Source: Candidatus Scalindua arabica (GTDB lineage: Bacteria; Planctomycetota; Brocadiia; Brocadiales; Scalinduaceae). Taken from it: a DNA stretch of 64,000 nucleotides. The stretch covers positions 9,197-73,196 of the forward strand of contig JAANXD010000074.1 of the NCBI GenBank assembly GCA_018263435.1. Direction: 5' to 3'. Positions within the stretch are counted from its first letter, which is position 1, and every line of letters begins with the position of its first letter. Below the pieces are notes generated by a model that had not been told where the DNA came from, searched no databases, and worked only from the letters and a program-made list of their open reading frames with translations. Positions 38,415 through 46,551 of this stretch are shown piece by piece. The position numbers and the translations under genes are program-made.

Positions 38415-38787
38415 ATGTCTTTAATTACCTGGGACGACAGCAAGTACAGCGTAAAAGTCACACCAGCATAGCTGGTGGTTTACTGTACAGATTAATTAAA
38501 CAGTGCCATGTCTGACGGTAAGGGTAAGGAAGTACTGGAAAGAATATTAGGGAATCTGGCAAGTTATGCCGATTACCATTTTACCGCTGAAGAGACGGAA
38601 ATGGTAAAATACAAATACCCTGATTACGAAGCACATAGAGGCAAACATCAAGCAATGCTGGGTAAAGTTGGAGCCTTAATAGAAGACTACTGAAGTATCA
38701 GGCTTTCTGAGTGACTGGCTTAACAAACATATTGTAGGAACTGATCAACAATACAGCAGCTTTATGAACGGCATGGGCGTAAACTAA
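38415..38787 (+). pseudogene. bacteriohemerythrin pseudogene (stop plus frameshifts)
   Basis: After a GGAGGTG SD, MSLITWDDSKYSVKV runs into TAG at 38469. Frame 2 gives ..GKGKEVLERILGNLASYADYHFTAEE..YPDYEAHRGKH. Frame 3 gives GFLSDWLNKHIVGTDQQY. All three pieces match hemerythrin segments, but the ID.QH segment is missing. Confidence 0.7.
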
Positions 38788-38804
38788 GAGAGACATTCCA
38801 GAAG

Positions 38805-38834
38805 CGGTTTGAACCGTTTAAACGGTTCAAACCG
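38805..38834. repeat. perfect 30-nt palindrome (family D copy 1), possible bidirectional terminator
   Basis: CGGTTTGAACCGTTTAAACGGTTCAAACCG lies between convergent genes. A degenerate copy is at 40015-40044. Confidence 0.6.
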
Positions 38835-38841
38835 TTATTGT

Positions 38842-39054
38842 TTAAGATGCAGTAAAGAACCGGTTACTCACACCGCCTCTACCGACCCTTACAGTCAAAC
38901 GACCAAGGCATCTGGGGCACTTTCCTTCATATTGCTTTCCTGAGTAGTTATAAATACGTCCATATATATTGCAACATGTAAAATAAATCCCCAGAAACTT
39001 CCTCTTCTTTTGCTTATCAGCCTCTACCGTTGATCCATCCGCTACTATATCCAT
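38842..39054 (-). CDS. small zinc-ribbon-like protein (hypothetical)
   Basis: 70 aa with a GAGG SD. It has a basic N-terminus, then FTCCNIYGRIY....CPRC. Confidence 0.45.
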   Translation of the reverse strand: MDIVADGSTVEADKQKKRKFLGIYFTCCNIYGRIYNYSGKQYEGKCPRCLGRLTVRVGRGGVSNRFFTAS

Positions 39055-39195
39055 TTTTCCTCACATAAAATACTGATCATCACACAAAGACACGAAGAAC
39101 ACAAAGGGTAAAAAATACTATCTTTTGTTTTATTTCTCAATTTCGTTTTCTTAGTGATCTCTGTGACTTCGTGTGATTACTTTTTCAAATATTAA

Positions 39196-39537
39196 CTATA
39201 TCAGGCCGGAGTTCTTAATTGACCTGGCAACTTCCTTAGTAACCGCATCAGGGTCGTAAATACCAGCTTCTATGCGGGCCTTAACATCCTTTACTTTTTC
39301 CTCTCTGACATCAGGCATATTCTTAATTTCTGCCTTTAAGGTTGATAGTGTTTCCTGTAACTTTCTGGCTTCAGCGGAAATCTCTACTTTGTCTCCTTCT
39401 TTTGATACTTGCACTTCCTTAGAATAACCGGATGCAGCTTTTTTAATATCCCCCGGCTTTGTAAGATTTTTATTACCAATAACCTTCCCAACTTGACTAT
39501 TATTAATTCCCGCCATTTTGTCTACAGACATTTTCAA
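39196..39537 (-). CDS. flgM: anti-sigma-28 factor FlgM
   Basis: About 111 aa (ATG 39531 is likelier than TTG 39537). Small acidic/Lys-rich protein whose C-terminal VKARIEAGIYDPDAVTKEVA matches the FlgM sigma28-binding helix pattern. Confidence 0.65.
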   Translation of the reverse strand: MKMSVDKMAGINNSQVGKVIGNKNLTKPGDIKKAASGYSKEVQVSKEGDKVEISAEARKLQETLSTLKAEIKNMPDVREEKVKDVKARIEAGIYDPDAVTKEVARSIKNSGLI

Positions 39538-39711
39538 ACCTCCAATCTAAACTTGAAACTGACAATTTGCTAAAGAAAAACATTAATTCTACCACAGATT
39601 TCTCCATGTAAACATCGATCTGTGACAGAATGTATATTATAAACAACCCTTTTGAAATGACAATGTTATAAGTCTATGTCATTCCCATCATAGGCATAGA
39701 ACATTTATGTA

Positions 39712-39885
39712 CTAAGATCGCGCATTCCATAGCCTTTTAGTATTATATTGATAACTTAGCAGTTTGTGCCACAGGCACTCTACACACCAGCAAAAGCTTA
39801 AGGAAACACTTTCAAACGTTGATGATTTCCTCTTCAAACTTGATGGATAAATGTCGTCATAATACTCATACTCGAATCGTCTCAT
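39712..39885 (-). CDS. 57-aa hypothetical protein
   Basis: AGGAGG lies 5 nt upstream of ATG 39885. Product MRRFEYEYYDDIYPS...FCWCVEC...; no family recognised. Confidence 0.3.
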   Translation of the reverse strand: MRRFEYEYYDDIYPSSLKRKSSTFESVSLSFCWCVECLWHKLLSYQYNTKRLWNARS

Positions 39886-40014
39886 TCCGACCTCCTGTAA
39901 ATACATACCTCTTCCACTTATATTATCGTCAGACCCTCAATACTCTTTAGCCAAAAATATATTTTATTTTTCAAGCAATAATTATGCCGCATAAAATTAG
40001 GGTAGAAACAGATT

Positions 40015-40044
40015 CGGTTTGAACCGTTTAAACAGTTTAAACCA
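40015..40044. repeat. degenerate copy of the family D palindrome
   Basis: CGGTTTGAACCGTTTAAACAGTTTAAACCA (3 mismatches to 38805-38834) with the same flanking ATTATT. Confidence 0.5.
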
Positions 40045-40355
40045 TTATTTTCTCCTAACGTTAGACACTTCAAACTTTGCTTCAGTTAATAAACGTTCAA
40101 ATAATCTACATTATGCCCAGAAAACCAACGATAACGGAATTTATTTCCTCCTGAACAACAGTTATAAAGTCCAGTTGTTCTCATAACTATAAGAATAAAA
40201 TAATAATGAAAATCTTCTACTAAATCCTTGTTTCATATGTATTGCCTGAAACCAAGAGTCGTATGAGGAGGGTTAATAAAAGACAATTCATTGTTATTCG
40301 CAGAAATGGCAACTATTTTGCGATACTAAGCGACCATAGCAGTACATGAACATAG

Positions 40356-40553
40356 AGCGGCGTTGCCGCCCGCCTGCCCGGCAATACCGTTCGGACAGGT
40401 ACCTATTCTGGCAGGCAATCAAGTTTGAAGTGACTTCCTGTCCCCGTCCGATCCGGCACCGGCGGGCGCCAGTTTGCTAGGCGGGAAGTTAACTCCTGCC
40501 TGTCATGCCTCAGGCAGACTCGCTGTGGCGAGCCGGTAGGCAAGGAAAGCGCC
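40356..40553. other. GC-rich structured island (candidate ncRNA or cluster of REP units)
   Basis: About 200 nt far above local GC with no ORF. Nested helices: CGCCCGCC (40367-40374)/GGCGGGCG (40461-40468) and GGACAGG (40393-40399)/CCTGTCC (40437-40443). Two mutually exclusive hairpins overlap at 40480-40517. Confidence 0.35.
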
Positions 40554-40634
40554 TAAAGATAAAGAGTATTTTCTCGATGTTCCGGTGTGTTCTCACGCCG
40601 AAACATCGGCAGGTACAAATGAAAATATTGTGAC

Positions 40635-40661
40635 TAATCTTTATGCAACTTGTACCGATAA
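40635..40661 (+). promoter_or_regulatory. candidate sigma28 (FliA) promoter of the chemotaxis operon
   Basis: TAAT-N15-ACCGATAA versus the consensus TAAA-N15-GCCGATAA. 90 nt upstream of the cheY ATG 40751. Confidence 0.5.
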
Positions 40662-40750
40662 TACACAAAAATTAGCAATATATTATATAAATTTTAAAAT
40701 CTTAAATAATATTAATCTTTATGTTCTTAAAGAAAGGAATGGTGGCCTAA

Positions 40751-41131
40751 ATGTCGAAAGTTTTATTAGTTGATGATTCTGCCGTAATGAGAAAGATAAT
40801 CCAGAGAAATATAAAGGAAACGGGTATGATAGTGGATGAATTCATTGAAGCGGGAGACGGCAAACAGGCATTAGATAAAGTAAATGATGATGGTGCTCTG
40901 GATCTAATACTGCTTGATTGGAATATGCCAAACATGTCAGGTATAGAATTTGTCAAGGCATTGAGATCCTTAAACCTTCCGAACAGGATACCTGTTGTAA
41001 TGGTAACGACCGAAGGTTCTGAAACCAAAGTAAGCGAAGCAAAGGAGAGTGGTGCAGACGGCTATCTTACAAAGCCATTTACGGCAGACCAGCTGCGCGA
41101 CACACTCGGAGACTATCTTTTAATAAAATAA
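40751..41131 (+). CDS. cheY: chemotaxis response regulator CheY
   Basis: 126 aa single REC domain: LLVDDS, LLDWNMPNMSG, TKPF. Confidence 0.9.
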   Translation: MSKVLLVDDSAVMRKIIQRNIKETGMIVDEFIEAGDGKQALDKVNDDGALDLILLDWNMPNMSGIEFVKALRSLNLPNRIPVVMVTTEGSETKVSEAKESGADGYLTKPFTADQLRDTLGDYLLIK

Positions 41132-41163
41132 TCCGGCTAAATAACTATATTAGGAGAATAATA

Positions 41164-41700
41164 ATGACAACCACAACTTACGATGATGTAGTAGAAGATA
41201 TTGTGAGTAGTACCAATGAAGTATTCTCAACAATGATACCAATGGAAATCACGTCTGACGGCTCATTCTATCAAAAGGAGGATATGATATCTACTGACGT
41301 AATATCTCTCGTCAGTTTCACAGGAGAACATTCCGGCATACTTGCTATATTTTGTTGCAAGGAAATTGCACTTAAAATTACGTCCAGCATGCTGGGTATT
41401 GAAGCTGCCGAAATAGATCATGACACAAAGGATGCTATGGGAGAGGTGGCAAATATGATTGCCGGTACTTTAAAGAACAAGATTTTTGAGAAATTTGGAG
41501 CAATGCATCTCTCTGTCCCTATAGTCATAGCAGGTGAGAGCCTTTCAATACGCTCTGCTACAGATGGTAGTAATGACCAACAAGACATCAAGATTACTTC
41601 AGGTGTAACATGCAACAGTCAGAGCTCCTGGTTGATGACACCATTCTCTTCAAATGGAAGTAGTTTTAACGTTGGATTCGTTGTCAAAAAGAATGATTAA
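41164..41700 (+). CDS. cheX: CheY-P phosphatase CheX
   Basis: 178 aa. The CheX pattern is present: ..FSTM.., SFTGEHSGILAIF, and GEVANMIAG (E-x2-N). Confidence 0.75.
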   Translation: MTTTTYDDVVEDIVSSTNEVFSTMIPMEITSDGSFYQKEDMISTDVISLVSFTGEHSGILAIFCCKEIALKITSSMLGIEAAEIDHDTKDAMGEVANMIAGTLKNKIFEKFGAMHLSVPIVIAGESLSIRSATDGSNDQQDIKITSGVTCNSQSSWLMTPFSSNGSSFNVGFVVKKND

Positions 41701-41876
41701 CCTGTATAGTTGCGGAATGCGGATTTCGAAATACGGAATGAAAGAGCTGAATCTGTATAATTGCGGACTTCGACGTGAACTCAGTCGAACGATTGTGGAA
41801 TTCGAATTGTTTTTTCTGTAATCCGGAATCCGAAATTGAAAATTGGACAGCAAATTATAAAAATTCAAAGATAATA

Positions 41877-42875
41877 ATGGAAGAAACCGTAGATAATAAT
41901 ATTTGCCCACCAAAACTCAAAGAGTTGATAGAAGGTATGATAAATAAACTGAATGAGGATTGTACCAGTCTTTTAGGCAGAAACTTTGGCATATCAAAAC
42001 CCAATAGCGAGATAGTTACCCTTGGCGATTTTATAGATAATAATAATGATGCCTATTATTATTTAATAAACTCAGAACTCGGAGGATTTTACCAGGGCAA
42101 TATATGTACTATATTAAAGCTAAGTGATGTTATTAAGATAAGTAGTGTTCTACTTGGTTCTGAAGATAAAGAAATACAGGAAAAAGTAGAGAAGGGAGAA
42201 CTTGATGCCGACGGTACTGATGGAATTATGGAATTCAGCAGGCAGTATTCAAGCATTATTGAATCCGCACTCAGAAACAAATTACCAAAGGAGGTACAAG
42301 TAAAGCTATCAACATGCACAACTATAGATAAAGACAATGCGAGTGAAGCCTTGAAGGATATTATTTCTAATGAGTATATAAATCTGAAGTCCCTTCTGTT
42401 AATCAAAGGATTCGATACAGAAGAATACAATATGTTATTTCCTATTGAATCAGTAGAAGAATTCTTTGGAGAAGCGATTCATGAAAAGAACACAAATGTT
42501 CTAGTTACAGATGACTCCTTAACCGATGTCAGGGTAATCAGTAAATATCTGACCAACACTTCGTTCCATGTCATTCCCGCACATGACGCCAAGCAGGCAT
42601 TTGCTATCTTACAAAAGGAGAAGATACACTTGATAATTCAGGATCTAATCATGCCAGAACAAAGCGGTATTGAGATCTGCAAGAAAATTAAAAAGACACC
42701 GTACACCAGAGGGATTCCCTTAATAATGATTTCCAGCCACCCAACACAAGAGGCTGTAGTGGAATCACTACAGGCAGGTGCAAGAGATTTCCTTGTCAAA
42801 CCGTTTAGCAAAGAAAAACTATTACAAAGAATAAGCAGATACAAAGTTAAAGAGAAGCTTGCAACGCTGTATTAA
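41877..42875 (+). CDS. response regulator with an uncharacterised N-terminal domain (possibly CheC/CheX-like)
   Basis: C-terminal REC (VLVTDDS, IQDLIMPEQSG, VKPF). The track start 41775 lies inside a repeat element, so ATG 41877 is preferred. Confidence 0.7.
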   Translation: MEETVDNNICPPKLKELIEGMINKLNEDCTSLLGRNFGISKPNSEIVTLGDFIDNNNDAYYYLINSELGGFYQGNICTILKLSDVIKISSVLLGSEDKEIQEKVEKGELDADGTDGIMEFSRQYSSIIESALRNKLPKEVQVKLSTCTTIDKDNASEALKDIISNEYINLKSLLLIKGFDTEEYNMLFPIESVEEFFGEAIHEKNTNVLVTDDSLTDVRVISKYLTNTSFHVIPAHDAKQAFAILQKEKIHLIIQDLIMPEQSGIEICKKIKKTPYTRGIPLIMISSHPTQEAVVESLQAGARDFLVKPFSKEKLLQRISRYKVKEKLATLY

Positions 42876-43018
42876 CCCTGCAAGAAGATATGCTGTACAG
42901 ATAATCTACACAAAAAATATATTTGGTGAATTGGCTGCCCAAGGTAACAGTCGGAACTGTTTGCCGGGAGCGGCATAGGCTAACAATAAAAACTGATAAA
43001 AAGAAAGGACTGACAAAA

Positions 43019-45124
43019 ATGAGCAAATCTAACGAAGAAGATGTACAGAATACCAGTCCTGGAAGTGATGAACTTACTCTTGATATTAAAGAAGATTCAG
43101 AGATATTCCTGGAATTTTTGTCAGAGGTCCAGGACCATCTGGAAGATTCAGAAAGCAATGTACTCAGTATTGAGGATGACGCCTGTGACTATGAAACAAT
43201 CAATGCTATCTTCAGAAGCATTCATAGTATAAAAGGAAGCGCCGGGTTTCTTGGACTTACCCAGATGCAGGGACTCAGCCATGAGTTGGAAACACTGCTG
43301 GACAAGGTAAGAAAAGAAGAGATCAGCATGTCACAGGAGATAATAAACGTATCATTAAGCTCAATAGACTCACTTAGAAAACTCCGGGACAATCTGGAGA
43401 TCAGGGTTGACAGAGAACTTGGAAATGATAAGGACTCTGACTCCTCTCCCCAGGAACAGCCTGTAAATATCCAACCTTTAATAGATACTATATTATCCAT
43501 ACTAAATAACGAAAGTAAACATGAAGAGGCAGTACCGGAATCTCCTCAAGAGATAACAGACAAAATCATCAACTCAGAACCTGAAGAAGACTCAGGGGAA
43601 GCCGTGGAAGATCAAGAATCATCAGAAAGCGATTGCCTGGGTGGAATACTTCTGGATGAAGGCGCAATTACTCAGGAGCAACTGGACAAGGCCCTTGATG
43701 AACGAGGCAAAAAGATTGGGGAAATACTCGTAGAAGAAGGAGTAACAACTGCAGAAAAGGTAGAGAACGCTCTTGATGAACAGAAATCAATAGGACAAAT
43801 CCTCACCGAAAAAGGTGAAATAACAGAATCCCAGCTTGCCGGTGCACTGAAACAGCAGGAAAGAAAAGTAGGCGAAATACTCGTAGATAGCGGCGCAACA
43901 ACTACAGGCGATATAGATACTGCATTAGAATCCCAACAAAACAAACGAAAGACAAAGTTACAGTCCAGAACAGTTAAGGTTGATACCGCCAAGCTCGACA
44001 ACCTGTTCGACATGGTAGGAGAACTCGTAATAACCAATACCATGATTTGCGGAGAAGCCAATTCAGCAGACAATAACGGTACGAGCAAGAACCTGTCTCA
44101 ATTAACCAAGATTACCAAGGATATTCAGGATCAGGTTATGTCCATGAGGATGGTCACCTTGAAACAAACATTTCAAAAGATGTCAAGGCTGGTAAGAGAC
44201 GTTTCTTTGCAATCTGGAAAGAAAGTTAAATTACAGATTTCCGGTGAAGACACAGAACTCGACAAGAATGTAATCGAAGAACTCGCAGACCCACTTGTAC
44301 ACATACTCAGAAACTCAATAGACCATGGTGTTGAGGCTGAAGAAGACAGGGTTTCCAAAGGCAAGCCGGCAGAGGGCCTGGTGAAGTTAAGCGCCTTCCA
44401 TAGAGGAGGAAACATAGTAATAGAGATTCAAGACGACGGCAATGGGATTCGGAAAGACAAAATATTACAAAAAGCCATAGATAGAGGAATGGTAACCAGC
44501 CAGTCATCCTTAACAGACAATCAGATATACAATTTAATCTTTTCACCCGGACTATCAACTGCAGCCAAGGTTACAAATATTTCAGGCCGAGGTGTAGGCA
44601 TGGACGTGGTAAAGAAAAATATCGAAAAACTCCGCGGCACTGTTGATGTTACATCAGAAGAGGGAAAGGGATCTACCTTTACCATTAAGCTGCCTCTAAC
44701 CCTTGCTATTATTGATGGAATTGTCGTTAACGTGGGCGACACAAAATATATTATACCAACTGTTTCGATAGAAGAATCATTGCGTCCAACCAAAGAAGAC
44801 ATCAGTACAGTCAAGAATCAGGGTGAAGTGGTTAACATAAGAGGTAGTTTGTTATCTCTGGTCCGCCTCCACAAACTTTACAATATTGACACAGAAAAGA
44901 CCAATCCATGGGAATCAATAGTCGTAGTAGTAGAAGGCGCCGAAGGAAGATATGGTGTATTGGTCGATGAACTCCTGGGACAACAACAGGTTGTGATTAA
45001 GAGTCTCGGCGACAGGTTTAAGGATGTTAAAGGAATTTCAGGAAGCGCTATACTTGGTGACGGAAGAGTCGGTCTGATTCTGGACGTCAGCGGAGTAAAA
45101 GAAGCATTTATTGGAAGTAATTAG
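43019..45124 (+). CDS. cheA: chemotaxis histidine kinase CheA with an atypical linker (four MshEN/T2SSE_N-type motifs in place of P2)
   Basis: 701 aa from ATG 43019. It has Hpt (RSIHSIKGSAG), P3 (LDNLFDMVGELV), HATPase (GRGVGMDVV, GKGSTF) and a P5 CheW-like domain. Confidence 0.93.
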   Translation: MSKSNEEDVQNTSPGSDELTLDIKEDSEIFLEFLSEVQDHLEDSESNVLSIEDDACDYETINAIFRSIHSIKGSAGFLGLTQMQGLSHELETLLDKVRKEEISMSQEIINVSLSSIDSLRKLRDNLEIRVDRELGNDKDSDSSPQEQPVNIQPLIDTILSILNNESKHEEAVPESPQEITDKIINSEPEEDSGEAVEDQESSESDCLGGILLDEGAITQEQLDKALDERGKKIGEILVEEGVTTAEKVENALDEQKSIGQILTEKGEITESQLAGALKQQERKVGEILVDSGATTTGDIDTALESQQNKRKTKLQSRTVKVDTAKLDNLFDMVGELVITNTMICGEANSADNNGTSKNLSQLTKITKDIQDQVMSMRMVTLKQTFQKMSRLVRDVSLQSGKKVKLQISGEDTELDKNVIEELADPLVHILRNSIDHGVEAEEDRVSKGKPAEGLVKLSAFHRGGNIVIEIQDDGNGIRKDKILQKAIDRGMVTSQSSLTDNQIYNLIFSPGLSTAAKVTNISGRGVGMDVVKKNIEKLRGTVDVTSEEGKGSTFTIKLPLTLAIIDGIVVNVGDTKYIIPTVSIEESLRPTKEDISTVKNQGEVVNIRGSLLSLVRLHKLYNIDTEKTNPWESIVVVVEGAEGRYGVLVDELLGQQQVVIKSLGDRFKDVKGISGSAILGDGRVGLILDVSGVKEAFIGSN

Positions 45125-45179
45125 AATTGTGGAATGCGCCCGACAAATGGCAGGCGGGCGCATTCTGCAATCCGAAATT
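45125..45179. repeat. che-operon intercistronic palindromic unit (family E) with a GC core
   Basis: AATTGTGGAATGCG-CCCGACAAATGGCAGGCGGGCGCA-TTCTGCAATCCGAAATT. The core hairpin is GCGCCCG/CGGGCGC. Confidence 0.6.
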
Positions 45180-45199
45180 TATTGAAAAGGAGGAGCAAG

Positions 45200-45691
45200 A
45201 TGGAAGCAGTATTAGAAGAGAAACGGACGAAGAGTCATGAGGGGAAATATTTAACATTTGTACTCGGCACGGAAGAATACGGTATAGAAATTCTCAAAGT
45301 CAGAGAAATCATCGGAATGATGGACATTACGACCGTACCACAGACTCCGGATTATATGAAAGGTGTTATTAATCTGAGAGGAAAGGTTATACCGGTAATC
45401 GACCTGAGACTGAAGTTTGCAATGGACGAACTTAAACATACTCAGGAAACGTGCACAATAGTAGTAGAAGTCAACAGTTCTTTGATAGGAATCATAGTTG
45501 ATACTGTCTCTGAAGTAGTTGACATAGGTAGTGAAGCAGTTGAAGACACACCGGCGTTCGGACAGGGAATAGACACTGACTTTATAATCGGCCTTGGCAA
45601 GGTACAGGAGAAGATAATTATACTCCTTGACATAGAGAAGGTAATGTCTACTGAAGAGCTCGAGATAGCTGAAAAGATGGCTGAAAATTGA
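45200..45691 (+). CDS. cheW: chemotaxis coupling protein CheW
   Basis: 163 aa from ATG 45200 (AAGGAGG SD). The YLTFVLGTEEYGIEILKVREI pattern is present. Confidence 0.92.
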   Translation: MEAVLEEKRTKSHEGKYLTFVLGTEEYGIEILKVREIIGMMDITTVPQTPDYMKGVINLRGKVIPVIDLRLKFAMDELKHTQETCTIVVEVNSSLIGIIVDTVSEVVDIGSEAVEDTPAFGQGIDTDFIIGLGKVQEKIIILLDIEKVMSTEELEIAEKMAEN

Positions 45692-45729
45692 TGATTATCA
45701 ATTGCGGGATGCGGAACAGAAGAGATGAA

Positions 45730-46125
45730 TTATAAAAGCTTAACCAGAACAGCCACAATGATAATGCCGGCGGTTAACATGGCGCCCAGCTTGACAGTAA
45801 GACGTAATTCCGACTCTTTGATATCGCGCTTTAATGATGTTTCCAGTTCTTTCATATCGCGCTTTAATGACGTTTCCAGTTCTTTCATATCGCGCTTTAA
45901 TGATGTTTCTAGTTCTTTCATATCGCACTTTAATGATGTTTCCAGTTCTTTCGTATCGTGCTTTAATGATGTTTCCAGTTCTTTCGTATCGTGCTTTGTG
46001 GCAAGACGTTCATCGATCAGTTCGGCCTGTGTTGCGGCTAACGTTTCAGCCTGCTCTTCGGAAAATCCGACGGCCTTTAGCTTTTTTACGTATGCGTGAG
46101 TATCAAATGTAGTGGTTTGTGACAT
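45730..46125 (-). CDS. DUF1640-like coiled-coil membrane-anchored protein with an 11-aa tandem repeat stalk
   Basis: 131 aa from ATG 46125. It has FDTHAYVKKLKAVGFSEEQAE, then (K[RH]D[TM]KELETSL) x about 5.5, then a C-terminal TM. Confidence 0.7.
   Translation of the reverse strand: MSQTTTFDTHAYVKKLKAVGFSEEQAETLAATQAELIDERLATKHDTKELETSLKHDTKELETSLKCDMKELETSLKRDMKELETSLKRDMKELETSLKRDIKESELRLTVKLGAMLTAGIIIVAVLVKLL
45816..45997. repeat. 33-bp in-frame tandem repeat, about 5.5 copies
   Basis: The unit CTTTCATATCGCGCTTTAATGATGTTTCCAGTT repeats head-to-tail from 45816, with a few SNPs per copy. Confidence 0.9.
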
Positions 46126-46551
46126 AACACTATTATGGTGCAACAATTATATATTTTTGTCAAGAAGAAAAAAGATGAGGCTGTACAACAATTGCGGAAT
46201 GCGGAGCTTTGCTGATTGAAGATGGTCGGTTGAAATTTGATGAATGAAAAAGAAATTGGTGTATTACTTAAAACAATTAATTAGATTCTTCTTTCCGCTT
46301 CACTACATTCAGAAGACAAGTCAGCATGTCATTCTGAGGAAGGAACGACCGAAGAATCTCAACGTCGACAACTTTGAGATTCCTATACATGAACATAATG
46401 AAAGACTTAAAGATTTCTAATTACGAAACTTCAACTTTAGATTGCGGACTGCCCTGGTATCTGGTATGTTATGCTCTGCGGTCCGGGGCTAGACATACGG
46501 AATGGAACATAATATGCAGAATCGATAATAAAAAACCGAAACAAGCAGATT

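Noticed and set aside
40356-40553. GC-rich island as a known RNA (tRNA, 5S, tmRNA, RNase P, SRP, 6S, common riboswitches)
   Set aside because: I could not find any family signature. Checked: T-loop GGTTCGAATCC, the RNase P GAGGAAAGTCC box, tmRNA ends, the SRP GGAAGCAGCCA motif, the B12 box, and the TPP, FMN, glycine, ZTP and GEMM cores. It shares the word GCCCGCCTGCC with dispersed repeats, so identity as a known RNA is unsupported. I kept it only as an unclassified structured element.
40531-40553. GAGCCGGTAGGCAAGGAAAGCGCC resembling a group II intron domain V (AGC triad plus GAAA loop)
   Set aside because: The sequence after the GAAA loop cannot pair with the GAGCCGGTAGGC arm, and no reverse-transcriptase ORF or other intron domains are present.
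40747-41028. 93-aa minus-strand ORF
   Set aside because: It is antisense to cheY and has no start context.
42923-43018. Track N-terminal extensions of cheA (42923), cheW (45134) and the RR (41775)
   Set aside because: The cheW and RR extensions translate intercistronic palindromic repeat units, and the cheA extension begins at a TTG with no SD. Internal ATGs give normal N-termini, and the cheW ATG has a clear AAGGAGG SD.
45816-45997. Regularly spaced 33-bp repeats that could be mistaken for a CRISPR array
   Set aside because: The repeats are directly adjacent with no spacers. They are in frame inside a minus-strand ORF, where they encode an 11-aa coiled-coil repeat, and no cas genes are nearby.
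45725-46112. Plus-strand ORFs 45725-46099 and 45834-46112 with repetitive SRFNDVSSSFI products
   Set aside because: They are shadow frames of the 33-bp tandem repeat. The minus-strand frame gives a coherent DUF1640-like protein with a TM anchor.
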